Positions 1 to 13,695 of a stretch of DNA of 64,000 nt are shown piece after piece. Below the pieces are notes generated by a model. It was given only the letters and a program-made list of their open reading frames with translations. It searched no databases and was not told the DNA's origin. Position 1 is the first letter of the stretch. Each line of letters opens with the position of its first letter. Source of the DNA: an uncultured Carnobacteriaceae bacterium. Lineage in GTDB: Bacteria; Bacillota; Bacilli; Lactobacillales; Aerococcaceae. The translations under genes and the position numbers were made by a program. The stretch lies in the NCBI GenBank assembly GCA_938039195.1, contig CALHVK010000115.1, positions 4,882 to 68,881 on the forward strand, in the 5' to 3' direction.

Positions 1-1
1 A

Positions 2-439
2 TTAGAAGATAAAGATATTCGTGTGGATATTTACCACGCATCAGGTGCCGGTGGACAGCACGTTAATAAGACAGCTTCTGCCGTACGTTTAACGCACTTG
101 CCAACAGGAATTGTTGTAGCCATGCAAGATGAACGTTCACAATTGAAGAACCGTGAGAAAGCGATGAAAGTATTGCGTGCGCGTGTATATGACAAGATTT
201 CTCAAGAAGCGCAATCTGAATATGATGCAAACCGTAAATCTGCAGTAGGTACTGGGGACCGTTCTGAACGTATTCGTACGTACAACTTCCCACAAAACCG
301 TGTTACAGATCACCGTATTGGTTTAACTCTTCAAAAGCTAGACCAAGTGTTAGCTGGAAAAATTGATGAAATTGTCGATGCTTTAATTCTTTATGATCAC
401 ACAGAAAAATTGGAGCAATTAAATAATGGAAACAACTAA
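2..439 (+). CDS. prfA: Peptide chain release factor 1 (5' end outside window)
   Basis: [10 protein letters not shown] (GGQ) motif and [17 protein letters not shown]; frame is open from position 2; lies upstream of prmC. Confidence 0.97.
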   Translation, partial: LEDKDIRVDIYHASGAGGQHVNKTASAVRLTHLPTGIVVAMQDERSQLKNREKAMKVLRARVYDKISQEAQSEYDANRKSAVGTGDRSERIRTYNFPQNRVTDHRIGLTLQKLDQVLAGKIDEIVDALILYDHTEKLEQLNNGNN

Positions 440-1301
440 TCCAACGAACCAAGAAGTCCTCATTAGGGCTTCTTGTTTTTTAGAAGAAAAACAACCGAAA
501 ATAGGACACAAAGAATGCCAGCACCTTGTTAGAGAATTGATGCTTTATAAAAATCAATGGACTTTATCTCAATTTTTATTAAATTTACGCCAAGAGGCTA
601 CGGTGACTTTTGAAGACCTAGCGCCTGAGTTACTACGTCTTAGTGAGTTTGAACCACTGCAGCAAATTACAGGAGTGGCGGAGTTTCTAGGGGAAGAATT
701 TATGGTCACAAAGAATACCTTAATTCCTCGTCCAGAAACAGAAGAACTTGTTTTAAAAGCACAGTCGTTTTTAGAAAAGTGCCCTGTTGGGAAGGTACTA
801 GAAATTGGAGTCGGAACAGGATGCATTATTTTGAGTTTGGAAAGACTTGTTGGGCGACACCAATATATAGGGTGCGATATTTCAGAGGAAGCACTCGTTG
901 TTGCTAAGAAGAACCGGGATAAGTTCCATCTTCAAACCGAATTCATATACAGCGATGTGTATAGCAATATTCCACAGGTGAAATTTGAGTGTATTATTAG
1001 TAATCCACCGTATATTGCTTTTTCTGAAGAAGGTTTAATGGATGAATCTGTTCGACGCTATGAACCGAAACAAGCGTTATTTGCAGAAAACGAGGGGCTT
1101 GCGATTTACGAAAAGATTGCCCACCGCTTAGAAGAGTTTTTAACAGATAGCGGCCAGGCCTTTTTTGAAATTGGATTTAACCAAGGAACAAGCGTACAAC
1201 GAATTTTTAGAGAAGCTTGTCCGAATCGAATAGTAACGATCCATAAAGACATTGCTGGAATGGACCGAATGATTATTGTTAGTGGAAAGGAGGCGCAGTA
1301 A
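426..1301 (+). CDS. prmC: Release factor glutamine N5-methyltransferase
   Basis: [22 protein letters not shown] motif, SNPPY; overlaps prfA end. Confidence 0.95.
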   Translation: METTNPTNQEVLIRASCFLEEKQPKIGHKECQHLVRELMLYKNQWTLSQFLLNLRQEATVTFEDLAPELLRLSEFEPLQQITGVAEFLGEEFMVTKNTLIPRPETEELVLKAQSFLEKCPVGKVLEIGVGTGCIILSLERLVGRHQYIGCDISEEALVVAKKNRDKFHLQTEFIYSDVYSNIPQVKFECIISNPPYIAFSEEGLMDESVRRYEPKQALFAENEGLAIYEKIAHRLEEFLTDSGQAFFEIGFNQGTSVQRIFREACPNRIVTIHKDIAGMDRMIIVSGKEAQ

Positions 1302-2311
1302 TGGAAACACAAATTTTTACACAAGAAAACTTAGACTTTGCAGCACAGGCTTTACAACAAGGTGAAATTGTTTCTTTCCCTACGGAGACGGTATATGGCT
1401 TAGGAGCGATTGCAACAAGTCAAGATGCCGTTCTAAAAGTCTTTGAAGCAAAAGGACGTCCAAGTGATAATCCACTCATTATTCATATTAGTGATATTCA
1501 TCAAATGACTTCTACTGTAGAAGAAGTTCCTGAAATTGCGTTGACCTTAGCAAAAGCTTTCTGGCCAGGGCCACTCACAATGATTTTGAAGGCAAAACCA
1601 GGAATTTATGCTCCAGCATTATCTGCTGGACTTCCAACAGTGTCATTTCGTATGCCAAATCATCCAATCACATTAGAGTTAATCTCGAAAGTAGGAATTC
1701 CTCTTGTAGGGCCGAGTGCGAACCTTTCAACGAAGCCAAGTCCGACAAAAGTAGAGCATGTATTCGAAGATATGAATGGCCGTATTCGTGGGATTGTGGA
1801 TGGAGGTTCATCTACTGTTGGGGTTGAGTCAACGGTGATTGACTTAACAAATGAAGAAGGTCCTGTAATTTTAAGACCAGGTGTTATTACAAAGGATCAA
1901 ATTGAATCAGTCATTGGGCCTATTCAATCTTCTGTCACGACAAAAACAGGAGAGAAGGAAGTACCGAAATCTCCTGGCATGAAATATCGTCATTACGCAC
2001 CAAAAACACCCGTATTTGTTGTTAGCGGAACAATTGAAGCTTTTGAAGAAGCGATCCATAAATACAAAGTACAGGGAAAAACAGTGGGTGTGATGGCTCA
2101 AAACGCTATTGTAAAGATCGTTGAAAATCAAGTTGAAGGTACTTACAAGATGGGGACGAGCGTGGACGATATGAACCGTGCATTATTTGATGCTCTACGG
2201 TCATTGGATCACTTAAAATTAGATGTTATTTTAGCCGAAGCTGCTCTGGAAACAGGAGTAGGAATCGCGTATATGAATCGTTTGAAAAAAGCAGCATCAA
2301 CCGTTCAATAG
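1301..2311 (+). CDS. tsaC: L-threonylcarbamoyladenylate synthase (Sua5 type)
   Basis: FPTETVYGL, KGRPSDNPLI, PSANLS, SPGMKYRHYAP; C-terminal SUA5 domain. Confidence 0.95.
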   Translation: METQIFTQENLDFAAQALQQGEIVSFPTETVYGLGAIATSQDAVLKVFEAKGRPSDNPLIIHISDIHQMTSTVEEVPEIALTLAKAFWPGPLTMILKAKPGIYAPALSAGLPTVSFRMPNHPITLELISKVGIPLVGPSANLSTKPSPTKVEHVFEDMNGRIRGIVDGGSSTVGVESTVIDLTNEEGPVILRPGVITKDQIESVIGPIQSSVTTKTGEKEVPKSPGMKYRHYAPKTPVFVVSGTIEAFEEAIHKYKVQGKTVGVMAQNAIVKIVENQVEGTYKMGTSVDDMNRALFDALRSLDHLKLDVILAEAALETGVGIAYMNRLKKAASTVQ

Positions 2312-2386
2312 AAGAACTCATAGGTTTTCTACAAAAGCCGATAATGTGATAAAATAGAAAAGGTAAGAAAAGAAAGGGGTAGTTGA

Positions 2387-3619
2387 ATGAGTCAATTTAC
2401 AGAAGATAAAATCATCTTTGAGACGATTGAAAAAGAATTACATCGTCAACAACAAGGGATTGAATTAATTGCATCAGAAAACTTCGTATCTGAAGGAGTT
2501 TTACGTGCACAAGGAAGTATTTTAACGAATAAATATGCAGAAGGGTATCCAGGACGTCGCTACTATGGCGGATGTGAATACGTGGATGTCATCGAGCAAT
2601 TAGCGATTGATCGTGTAAAAGAATTGTTTGGTGCAGAATATGCCAATGTTCAACCACACTCAGGTTCTCAAGCAAATATGGCTGCCTATCGTGCGCTAGT
2701 AAAAAAAGGCGATAAGATTTTAGGGATGGATTTAAACCATGGTGGACACTTGACTCACGGAATGGGAGTAAACTTCTCTGGACAAGATTATCACTTTATT
2801 TCTTATGGAGTAAATCCAGAAACTGAAACAATCGATTATGATGAATTAGAACGTATCGCTAAAGAAGAAAAACCACAATTAATCGTGGCTGGAGCATCAG
2901 CATACCCACGTGAGATTGACTTCAAACGCATTAGCGAAATTGCTAAAGAAGTGGGAGCTTACTTTATGGTGGATATGGCCCATATCGCTGGCTTAGTTGC
3001 TAAAGGGGCTCATCAAAATCCAGTTCCATATGCCGATGTTGTGACATCAACAACACATAAAACATTACGTGGACCACGTGGCGGTTTAATTTTAGCAAAA
3101 GAAGAATTTGGTAAAAAATTAAATAGTGCTATCTTCCCAGGAATCCAAGGGGGACCTCTAGAACACGTGATTGCTGGTAAAGCAGTTGCATTCCACGAAG
3201 CGCTTCAACCAGCGTTTGGTGAGTATATCGAGCAAGTCGTGAAAAATGCAAAAGCAATGGCGCAAGTTTTTGAAGGAACAGTGATTCGTGCGATTTCAGG
3301 CGGAACAGATAACCATCTACTACTCCTCGATATTAAAGAAACTGGATTAAACGGAAAAGAAGCACAAGAATTACTGGATACTGTTGGTATTACAGTGAAT
3401 AAAAATGCTATTCCATTTGATACATTACCACCAGTAAAAACAAGTGGTATTCGTGTCGGTACAGCTGCAATTACAACACGTGGTTTCGATGAAGCTGCGG
3501 CGAAAAAAGTAGCTGAGTTAATCCTTACAACATTAACACATTCTGAAAATGAAGAAGTATTAAATCAGGTTCGTACTGAAGTGAAACAGTTAACTGAAAC
3601 TTTCAAATTATACGCGTAA
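2387..3619 (+). CDS. glyA: Serine hydroxymethyltransferase
   Basis: [30 protein letters not shown] lysine motif. Confidence 0.98.
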   Translation: MSQFTEDKIIFETIEKELHRQQQGIELIASENFVSEGVLRAQGSILTNKYAEGYPGRRYYGGCEYVDVIEQLAIDRVKELFGAEYANVQPHSGSQANMAAYRALVKKGDKILGMDLNHGGHLTHGMGVNFSGQDYHFISYGVNPETETIDYDELERIAKEEKPQLIVAGASAYPREIDFKRISEIAKEVGAYFMVDMAHIAGLVAKGAHQNPVPYADVVTSTTHKTLRGPRGGLILAKEEFGKKLNSAIFPGIQGGPLEHVIAGKAVAFHEALQPAFGEYIEQVVKNAKAMAQVFEGTVIRAISGGTDNHLLLLDIKETGLNGKEAQELLDTVGITVNKNAIPFDTLPPVKTSGIRVGTAAITTRGFDEAAAKKVAELILTTLTHSENEEVLNQVRTEVKQLTETFKLYA

Positions 3620-3749
3620 CGAAGTAAATGTAAAGGATTGTTTCAGATTATGAAAATAATAATAAGTTTTCATACTGAGACTAGATATTTAACTGGTTTT
3701 TAGGTAAAATAATAGGAGTGACACTAATGTATTGGAAGGAGAATGACAA

Positions 3750-4385
3750 ATGGGTAATTTTCACGTACTTGATCATCCGTTAATTCAACATAAATTAACA
3801 ATGATTCGTCAAAAGGATTGTGGAACAAAGGTTTTCCGCGAAGTTGTAAACGAAATTTCAATGCTAATGGCTTATGAGGTTTCTAGAGATCTGCCTCTTG
3901 AAGATGTAGAAATCGAAACCCCACTTGTTAAAACAACATTGAAGACGTTGGCTGGTAAAAAAGTAGCTATCATTCCGATTCTGCGTGCAGGACTTGGAAT
4001 GGTGGATGGAATTCTCGAATTAATCCCAGCTGCCAAAATTGGGCACGTTGGTATGTATCGTGATCATGACACATTGCAACCCGTTGAGTATTTCGTGAAG
4101 TTACCTTCAGATATTTCTGAAAGACAATTATTTGTCGTTGATCCTATGTTAGCTACAGGAGGCTCTGCCGTAGCCGCTATTGACGCACTATTGAAGCGTG
4201 GTGCACAACCAAGCTCCATTAAGTTCTGCTGTTTAGTAGCAGCGCCTGAAGGGGTAGAAGTCCTTCGTAAAGCACATCCAGATATCGACATCTATGCAGC
4301 AGCATTAGATGAGAGATTGAATGAACATGGATACATTCTTCCAGGATTAGGAGATGCTGGAGATCGTTTATTCGGAACCAAATAA
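3750..4385 (+). CDS. upp: Uracil phosphoribosyltransferase
   Basis: [36 protein letters not shown]. Confidence 0.98.
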   Translation: MGNFHVLDHPLIQHKLTMIRQKDCGTKVFREVVNEISMLMAYEVSRDLPLEDVEIETPLVKTTLKTLAGKKVAIIPILRAGLGMVDGILELIPAAKIGHVGMYRDHDTLQPVEYFVKLPSDISERQLFVVDPMLATGGSAVAAIDALLKRGAQPSSIKFCCLVAAPEGVEVLRKAHPDIDIYAAALDERLNEHGYILPGLGDAGDRLFGTK

Positions 4386-4395
4386 TAAATTAATG

Positions 4396-4501
4396 TAGTC
4401 AACGCTTTTGCGATAGACTATTGCCACCAAATCTGACAATAATCACCGTACTGAGCGAACGCTTCAAAGTATAGGATTATTGTCAGTTTTTTTATTTGGT
4501 G
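4396..4501 (+). promoter_or_regulatory. Structured leader/terminator-like region between upp and atpB
   Basis: Nested inverted repeats CACCAAAT/ATTTGGTG and CTGACAATAATC/GATTATTGTCAG followed by T7, ending just before the atpB RBS. Confidence 0.55.
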
Positions 4502-4523
4502 TAAAGGAGGGGAAATAAGAAGC

Positions 4524-5476
<953 letters not shown>

Positions 5477-5516
5477 ATCCATATGTGGAATTATTGTCGT
5501 AAAGGAGGGGTGAGCG

Positions 5517-6023
5517 ATGTTTGAAGTCATGTTATCAGGTAATATCAGTACAGTTTTAGGCGACACTTTAGTCGTATTAATTTCAATGACGTTGTTACTC
5601 TTCTTGGTAAAATACTTTGCTTGGGATAAAGTAAACGCCATGTTAGAAGCTCGTCGTGAGAAAATTACAAAAGATTTAGATGAGGCCGCTGAAAAGAGAA
5701 AAGCTGCAGAAGAAATTCAAGCAAATGCAAATGAGATTATCCATAATGCAGAAATGAAAGGCAGCGAAATTTTAGATAACGCTCGCGAAGCAGCTTCAAA
5801 AACGCAAGATGAAATGATTAAAGAGGGTAAGAATGTAGTCTCTCGTATGAAAGCAGAAGGACAGCGCGAAGTAGATTCGATGAAACAACGCGCTATTGCT
5901 CAAGTACAAGATGAAATTGTTGACCTATCCATTCAGCTTGCTAGTCAAATTCTTGAAAAAGAAGTGACACCAGAAAGACATCAAGAAGTGATTGAGTCCT
6001 TCATTAAGGGGTTGGAAGGCTAA
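5517..6023 (+). CDS. atpF: F0F1 ATP synthase subunit b
   Basis: N-terminal TM, KYFAW...LEARREKI, charged coiled coil; operon position. Confidence 0.93.
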   Translation: MFEVMLSGNISTVLGDTLVVLISMTLLLFLVKYFAWDKVNAMLEARREKITKDLDEAAEKRKAAEEIQANANEIIHNAEMKGSEILDNAREAASKTQDEMIKEGKNVVSRMKAEGQREVDSMKQRAIAQVQDEIVDLSIQLASQILEKEVTPERHQEVIESFIKGLEG

Positions 6024-6565
6024 TGGTAAAATATCACAAAGATATCGTTAAAGAAGCCAGCCATTTTTATGCAAAGGCAAAATACGAAGGCCATTTAGAG
6101 CAAGTGACAAGAGAAATTCAAGCCATTTTAGCAGGAATTCACAATACGTCAACGTTTAGACAGATGATGCATTTAGAACATGTTTCTTATGACAAAAAAC
6201 TCTCTGTATTAGAGTCTGCATTTGGCCACTTATCGAAGGAAACGCAAGAGTACTTAGCAACTTTCCCATCTGAAGATGGATCAATGAATGTTGTAGAAGC
6301 ACTTGAAGCTTTCTTAGATATTTATAATGCCAATAAATTAGAAATTATTTCGGCGATTCCTTTAACGGAGGAACAGATTGATCGTATTGCTATAGCGTTC
6401 CAAAACAAAACCAATAAAGAATTCGATTCTTGGGTGAATACCGTGGATCCTTCAGTGATTGGTGGAGTTCAATTAAAAACTAAAGAGTTCTTATTAGATG
6501 GAACAATCGCAAATAAATTAAAACAATTCAAAGAGAAAATTAGCCAAACAGGAATAAAGAGGTGA
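6023..6565 (+). CDS. atpH: F0F1 ATP synthase subunit delta (divergent N-terminus)
   Basis: C-terminal SAIPL...VDPSVIGG...LDGT; lies between atpF and atpA. Confidence 0.88.
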   Translation: MVKYHKDIVKEASHFYAKAKYEGHLEQVTREIQAILAGIHNTSTFRQMMHLEHVSYDKKLSVLESAFGHLSKETQEYLATFPSEDGSMNVVEALEAFLDIYNANKLEIISAIPLTEEQIDRIAIAFQNKTNKEFDSWVNTVDPSVIGGVQLKTKEFLLDGTIANKLKQFKEKISQTGIKR

Positions 6566-6575
6566 GATGGCATAA

Positions 6576-8084
6576 ATGGAAATGAGTAATATTACAGCGA
6601 GAATTCGTGACCAAATCGCTTCTTTTGAAACAAAAGAACAGATTGAAGAAATCGGTGAAGTATCGTTCATCGGGGACGGAATTGCTCGTGTCATCGGTCT
6701 TACAAATGTAATGGCTGGGGAATTAGTAGAATTTGACAATGGCGCATATGGAATGGCTCAAAACTTAGAGAAGAATGACGTAGGGGTTATCATCTTTGGC
6801 TCTTATGAAAATATTCATGAAGGTGAACCTGTAAAACGTACAGGACGTATTTTAGACGTACCTGTAGGAGATGCGCTTATTGGACGTGTTGTTGATGCTT
6901 TAGGTCGTCCAATCGATGGTTTAGGTGCTATCGAAACAACAAAAAAACGTCCAGTAGAAAATGAAGCGCCTGGCGTTATGCAACGTCAAAGCGTTAAACA
7001 ATCATTACCAACGGGATTAAAAGTAGTAGATGCTTTAGTACCAATTGGTAAAGGGCAACGTGAGTTAATCATTGGTGACCGTAAAACTGGTAAAACAAGT
7101 ATTGCAGTGGATGCCATTTTGAATCAAAAAGGCAAAGATACATTATGTATTTATGTAGCTATTGGTCAAAAAGAATCTACGGTTAAGGCTCTTGTAGAAA
7201 CATTGAAACGTTACGGCGCAATGGAATATACAACAGTTGTATCCGCTAGTGCCTCTCAACCAGCACCAATGCTTTATATTGCACCATATGCAGGTACAGC
7301 AATGGGTGAAGAGTGGATGTACCAAGGTCGCGATGTATTGATTATCTATGATGATCTATCAAAACAAGCAGCGGCTTATCGTGAAATTTCCCTATTACTT
7401 CGCCGTCCACCAGGTCGTGAAGCATATCCAGGGGATGTATTCTACTTGCACTCACGTTTATTAGAACGTGCGGCTAAATTAAGCGATGAATTAGGCGGAG
7501 GATCATTAACAGCCTTACCAATCATCGAAACACAAGCTGGAGATATTTCTGCATATATCCCAACAAACGTAATCTCTATTACTGATGGACAAATCTTCTT
7601 AGAAAGTGACTTGTTCTATTCAGGGGTACGTCCAGGGTTATCAGCCGGATTATCTGTATCGCGTGTTGGGGGTTCTGCCCAAATTAAAGCGATGAAAAAA
7701 GTTTCCGGTACATTACGTATCGACTTAGCAAGTTACCGTGAATTAGAAGCCTTCACACAATTTGGTTCTGATTTAGATGCGGCAACTCAACAAAAATTAA
7801 ATCGTGGTAAACGTACGGTAGAAGTCTTAAAACAAGATGTTCACCAACCATTACCTATCGAGTATCAAGTATCGATTTTATTTGCTTTAACACATGGTTT
7901 ATTAGATGCGATTCCAATTGATCGTATTAAACCATTTGAAAAAGCGCTATATCAACATTTAGAAAGCGAACATAGAGATTTATTAAATGAAATCCGCGAT
8001 CAACATGTGATTTCGGATGAAGAGAAATTCTATAAAGTAATTGAGAATTTCAAACAAATTCATTTATTTGAACGTGTTCAATAA
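6576..8084 (+). CDS. atpA: F0F1 ATP synthase subunit alpha
   Basis: [31 protein letters not shown]. Confidence 0.98.
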   Translation: MEMSNITARIRDQIASFETKEQIEEIGEVSFIGDGIARVIGLTNVMAGELVEFDNGAYGMAQNLEKNDVGVIIFGSYENIHEGEPVKRTGRILDVPVGDALIGRVVDALGRPIDGLGAIETTKKRPVENEAPGVMQRQSVKQSLPTGLKVVDALVPIGKGQRELIIGDRKTGKTSIAVDAILNQKGKDTLCIYVAIGQKESTVKALVETLKRYGAMEYTTVVSASASQPAPMLYIAPYAGTAMGEEWMYQGRDVLIIYDDLSKQAAAYREISLLLRRPPGREAYPGDVFYLHSRLLERAAKLSDELGGGSLTALPIIETQAGDISAYIPTNVISITDGQIFLESDLFYSGVRPGLSAGLSVSRVGGSAQIKAMKKVSGTLRIDLASYRELEAFTQFGSDLDAATQQKLNRGKRTVEVLKQDVHQPLPIEYQVSILFALTHGLLDAIPIDRIKPFEKALYQHLESEHRDLLNEIRDQHVISDEEKFYKVIENFKQIHLFERVQ

Positions 8085-8108
8085 GCGTAGAAAGGAGAGG
8101 TGACCTGA

Positions 8109-9041
8109 ATGACGGCTTCCTTAAATGATTTAAAGAAGAGAATTGTTTCAACAAAGAAAACAAGTCAAATCACTAGCGCCATGCAGATGGTTTCTGCAGC
8201 AAAATTAGCAAAATCAGAGCAAGCAGTGCGTCACTATCAAGACTACGCTCAAAAAATCCGTGAAGTTGTAACTCACTTACTATACGCAAATCACAATAAA
8301 GAAGTTGTAGAGGAAACGACAGAAGAAGGAGCAGAAGAAGTAACTTCTTTTATCGACTATCACGACTTATTAATTGAACGTCCGGTTCAAAAGACTGGAT
8401 ACTTAGTGATTTCATCTGACCAAGGACTTGCTGGGAGTTACAACTCTTCCATTTTCCAATCAACAAGAGAAATGTTAGAGTTAGACCACCAATCTAAGGA
8501 TGAATATGTTATCTTAACGATTGGGGATGCTGCAAGTCGCTTCTTCAAAAAAATGGGAATAGATGTACGTCTAGAAATTAATGATGTGTCTGATATTCCA
8601 ACCTTTGAAGAAGTAAGAAAGATTGTGTCAAGTGCGGTCCAAATGTTCCGTGACGGTGAATTTGATGAGTTTTACGTTTGCTATAATCACCATGTAAACG
8701 CACTGTTATCAAACTACCGTGTTGAAAAAATGCTGCCAATTATCGACTTGGATGAAGAAGAAGCAAAAGAGTACGAATTGGATTATATTTTCGAACCAAA
8801 CAAGGAAATTATTATGGACATCTTGCTCCCACAATACGCAGAATCGCTTATTTACGGAGCTATTATCGATGCAAAATCAGCAGAACATGCATCTCGCATG
8901 ACTGCGATGAGAAGTGCTACGGATAATGCCAAAGAATTGATTAGTAACTTAACACAAGATTTAAACCAGAGACGACAAGCGCATATTACACAAGAAATTA
9001 CAGAAATTGTCGGTGGAGCAGCCGCTCTGGAAGAACATTAG
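8109..9041 (+). CDS. atpG: F0F1 ATP synthase subunit gamma
   Basis: QITSAMQMVSAAK, EHASRMTAM, RQAHITQEITEIVGGA. Confidence 0.97.
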   Translation: MTASLNDLKKRIVSTKKTSQITSAMQMVSAAKLAKSEQAVRHYQDYAQKIREVVTHLLYANHNKEVVEETTEEGAEEVTSFIDYHDLLIERPVQKTGYLVISSDQGLAGSYNSSIFQSTREMLELDHQSKDEYVILTIGDAASRFFKKMGIDVRLEINDVSDIPTFEEVRKIVSSAVQMFRDGEFDEFYVCYNHHVNALLSNYRVEKMLPIIDLDEEEAKEYELDYIFEPNKEIIMDILLPQYAESLIYGAIIDAKSAEHASRMTAMRSATDNAKELISNLTQDLNQRRQAHITQEITEIVGGAAALEEH

Positions 9042-9049
9042 GATTTTAG

Positions 9050-10488
<1,439 letters not shown>

Positions 10489-10489
<1 letters not shown>

Positions 10490-10917
10490 TGATGGCTGAA
10501 CATGAATTACTGGTCGTTGTCACAACACCAGAAGGAAAAGTGTATAACCATCGTTCCTATTCTGTGAGTGCCGATGCAGTCGATGGCGGAATCACCATAC
10601 TACCGCATCATGCTCCAATCATGCTTCCTTTAAAAATCGGAGCACTTCGAGTGAAACGATTCTTAGAGGATTCACCAACTGATTATATTGCAATCGGTGG
10701 TGGAGTTATGGAAGTGCGGGATAATGTCGTAACAATCATTGCTAACGTAGCTGAACGTGCTAGAGACATTGACGTGACTCGTGCAGAGCAAGCAAAAGAT
10801 AAAGCTGAAAAAGTAATTAGCGATAGTAGTCGTTCTCAAAGTGATGTAGAGCGTGCGAAAATCGCTTTAAGTAAGGCGATTAACCGTATTGGTGTTTCTA
10901 AACATAGAAGAAAATAA
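10489..10917 (+). CDS. atpC: F0F1 ATP synthase subunit epsilon
   Basis: TPEG, ILPHHAP, GGVMEV, AERARDID. Confidence 0.95.
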
Positions 10918-10991
10918 AAACGAGAGGATGCTTCATCCTCTCGTTTATTGTTGAAACGAAAAAACTAGCAGAGATTTCTGCTAGTTTTTTT
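10918..10991. terminator. Two adjacent intrinsic terminators between the convergent atpC and tlpA-like gene
   Basis: AAACGAGAGGATG/CATCCTCTCGTTT (10918-10946) and AAAAAACTAGCAGA/TCTGCTAGTTTTTT (10959-10991). Confidence 0.85.
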
Positions 10992-10995
10992 GATT

Positions 10996-11487
10996 TTATA
11001 AGATTTCTTTGATGTAGGTCTCGAGTTCTTCTTGAGTCAGAACGCCGGCTGTTTTCTTAACAATATTTCCATCTTTATCCACAAAGATAAGTGTTGGAAT
11101 TTCTGTAATCTCGTGATATTTTTGGAAGCTTGAATCAACATCCGCATAATAGTTGAGAGATAGAGAGTGTTCTTTTAAGTATTTCTTTCCATTCTCAATG
11201 GGTTCTTTTTGACTGATCATCGCTACACCAACAAATTCAACTTTGTCCGCATATTTTTCTTTTAATGTATTTAAAATAGGGAGCTCTTGTTGGCAATCTG
11301 GGCACCAACTTGCCCAAGCGTAGTAGACTGTTGGCTTTCCGTTAAAGTCTTTTTCAGTTAATTTTTTCCCGCTTGCGTCTTGGAATACGACGTTTGCATC
11401 AGCAGGCTTGCTGTTTGATGGTAATAAATAAAATGTAGCTAATCCTGCAACCATCAGTGCTGCAAGAGCCAATAAAAGTTTTTTCAT
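10996..11487 (-). CDS. TlpA/ResA-family extracytoplasmic thiol-disulfide oxidoreductase
   Basis: N-terminal signal/TM, WASWCPDC, IPT cis-Pro motif. Confidence 0.88.
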   Translation of the reverse strand: MKKLLLALAALMVAGLATFYLLPSNSKPADANVVFQDASGKKLTEKDFNGKPTVYYAWASWCPDCQQELPILNTLKEKYADKVEFVGVAMISQKEPIENGKKYLKEHSLSLNYYADVDSSFQKYHEITEIPTLIFVDKDGNIVKKTAGVLTQEELETYIKEIL

Positions 11488-11506
11488 AAAATCCTCTTTC
11501 TAATGA

Positions 11507-11932
11507 TTATTCGTGAATATCAAACACGTATTTGTGGCCTTGTGTAAGGCTATGGTAGAATCCTTTACCGTCATATAAGTGGAATACTTGTACGCCAGCA
11601 ATGTCTTCTTCGTTAGGGTAAACATCTTTTACGAATGGGTTATCTTTAAGAACTTCTTCAAGACGTTCACGACCGATTTCTTTTACAACACCTTCGATAC
11701 GAATGACTTGGATTAAGTAATCCTCGCTCTTCATAGCAGTAATGGCAACTTTTTGGTTATTTTGTAGTTGTTTGTAGAAGTTTGTTTTTGGACTAGTCAT
11801 AAAGAACACGCCTTTTTCGTTTGCAACACCAATATGGATATGACGCGCATGAGGTTGGTTGTTCTCATCTGCAGTCGCAATAACTGCTACATTCATTTCT
11901 TCTAAAATACGTAAAATTTCATTGACTTCCAT
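11507..11932 (-). CDS. Pyridoxamine 5'-phosphate oxidase-like FMN-binding protein
   Basis: IATADENNQPHAR...FFMT...FYKQLQNNQKVAI split-barrel pattern. Confidence 0.8.
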   Translation of the reverse strand: MEVNEILRILEEMNVAVIATADENNQPHARHIHIGVANEKGVFFMTSPKTNFYKQLQNNQKVAITAMKSEDYLIQVIRIEGVVKEIGRERLEEVLKDNPFVKDVYPNEEDIAGVQVFHLYDGKGFYHSLTQGHKYVFDIHE

Positions 11933-11978
11933 GGTGATTTCTCCTAACTGTTTTCTTTTTATTTTATCATAGATTGTT

Positions 11979-12455
11979 TTATGAAAGAAGACTTGCGATT
12001 TCGTCTCGAATTTGTTCAGGCGTTGTAGTAGGGGCGAAACGTTTCAAAATCGTTCCATCTTTTGCTACGAGGAATTTTGTAAAGTTCCATTTAACCTTTT
12101 CGCCGAGAAGACCAGCAGTTTCTTTCTTTAATAACTCAAATAATGGATGTGTTTCAGGCCCATTAACTTTTACCTTACCAAACATTGGGAAAGTCGTATT
12201 GTATGTCAATTGGCAATGTGCGACTGCTTGTTCAGCTGTGAGAGGTTCTTGGCCAGCAAATTGATTGCAAGGGAATCCAAGAACTGTGAATCCTTTGTCC
12301 TTGAACTCTAAATAGAGTTTTTCTAGACCGTCAAATTGTGGAGCGAGTCCGCATCCACTTGCTGTGTTCACAATTAGTAGTAATTGTCCTTTATAGTCTT
12401 CTAGAGTAGTTACATCTCCACTGACTGTAGGGACTTCAATTTCATAAATTGACAT
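11979..12455 (-). CDS. gpx: Glutathione peroxidase family (Cys type)
   Basis: IVNTASGCG, LGFPCNQF, KWNFTKFLV. Confidence 0.95.
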   Translation of the reverse strand: MSIYEIEVPTVSGDVTTLEDYKGQLLLIVNTASGCGLAPQFDGLEKLYLEFKDKGFTVLGFPCNQFAGQEPLTAEQAVAHCQLTYNTTFPMFGKVKVNGPETHPLFELLKKETAGLLGEKVKWNFTKFLVAKDGTILKRFAPTTTPEQIRDEIASLLS

Positions 12456-12471
12456 TCATTTTCCTTCTTTC

Positions 12472-13239
12472 TTAAATAAGGCCATAGTGTTTTAAACCAT
12501 TAATAATGCCGTTATCTGTGTTATCCGTTGTAATAAATTCTGCAATTTCTTTAAGGATTGGAAGAGCATTTCCCATTGCCACAGGATGCTGAACAGCTTG
12601 AAGCATTTCAATATCGTTTGGACCATCACCAAAAGCAAAGGTCTTAGCATCTTCTTGGTTCAAATACTCTAAGAAGCGTTTGATTCCTTCCGCTTTTGAA
12701 TTCCCTTTTGAAATCACATCGACTGAGTACGGTGTGTTACGAAGGAAATCAAGGTGGGGGAAGGCTTCCTTATATTTTTCTTCCGCTGGTGGAAGGCAGA
12801 TGAAGAGCATCATGTTAATCGGATGATTTTTATAAAAATCTTCTTTTAATGCAGGAGGATTCGTGTGAATAAATCCATAAGCATCTTTTGCCCCTTCGGA
12901 GGATGCTACAAGATAAAACTGTTCGTGATTATAAGCAGTGAGCCCGTAACCATCTTCTTTTACCATTTGATGAAATTTCTCTACCGTTTCAGTGGGAATC
13001 TGCGAAGAATAGATGACCTGTTCTTGATAAAGAACCACTTGCCCGTTCATAAAAATTCCTGAGTGGATATTGGCGCTCTCCATAATATCGCGTGTTTCAG
13101 CAGAAGAACGTCCTGTTGCGATAAAGGGCTCATATCCATTGTCTTTTAGTGTTTGAATGGCTTCGGCTGTGGCAACGTCCACTTTTGACTCACCGTTTAA
13201 TAGTGTTCCATCCAAATCAAAAAATACAAAACCTTTCAT
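12472..13239 (-). CDS. Cof-type HAD-IIB hydrolase
   Basis: FFDLDGTL, ATGR, SKAEG, AFGDGPNDIEML, AMGNA. Confidence 0.92.
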   Translation of the reverse strand: MKGFVFFDLDGTLLNGESKVDVATAEAIQTLKDNGYEPFIATGRSSAETRDIMESANIHSGIFMNGQVVLYQEQVIYSSQIPTETVEKFHQMVKEDGYGLTAYNHEQFYLVASSEGAKDAYGFIHTNPPALKEDFYKNHPINMMLFICLPPAEEKYKEAFPHLDFLRNTPYSVDVISKGNSKAEGIKRFLEYLNQEDAKTFAFGDGPNDIEMLQAVQHPVAMGNALPILKEIAEFITTDNTDNGIINGLKHYGLI

Positions 13240-13392
13240 TCCGTCACTCCATTCGTATAGTCTTATTTTAGTATACCATGTTTTGAAGGATTTTAATTGT
13301 AGTTCGAATTGAAAGCATTTTGCGTGAAAGAGTAGAATTATCGTAGTTTTTATGTTAAAATTGAAAAGAATTTTAGTTAAGGAGGGAATCCT

Positions 13393-13623
13393 TTGTACAA
13401 TTTGATTTTATCACTGATGGTTGTGGTATGCGTATTATTAATTATTGTTGTTGCAATGCAACCTTCAAAAACAAATGCTGCGAATTTAACAGGTGGAGCG
13501 GAGCAATTATTCGGTAAACAAAAGGCACGTGGTTTTGAGGCATTCTTAATTCGCGTAACAGTTGTTTTAGGAACAATCTTCATGTTATTAGCATTTGCAT
13601 TAGCATACATTTCATCAAAATAA
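13393..13623 (+). CDS. secG: Preprotein translocase subunit SecG (TTG start)
   Basis: MQPSK...GGAEQLFGKQKARG, two TMs; upstream of est-rnr-smpB. Confidence 0.95.
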   Translation: MYNLILSLMVVVCVLLIIVVAMQPSKTNAANLTGGAEQLFGKQKARGFEAFLIRVTVVLGTIFMLLAFALAYISSK

Positions 13624-13695
13624 TAAATTTAAGTACAATTGTTCGGATATCCAATCAATTGTACTTTTTTATTTGGCAGATTAGAGGAGAGTATT

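Noticed and set aside
3620..3749. PyrR-type attenuator upstream of upp
   Set aside because: No ARUCCNGNGAGGYU motif; the hairpin fits a glyA terminator followed by a promoter
11979..12455. Selenocysteine in glutathione peroxidase
   Set aside because: The active-site codon is Cys (SGCG); no in-frame TGA
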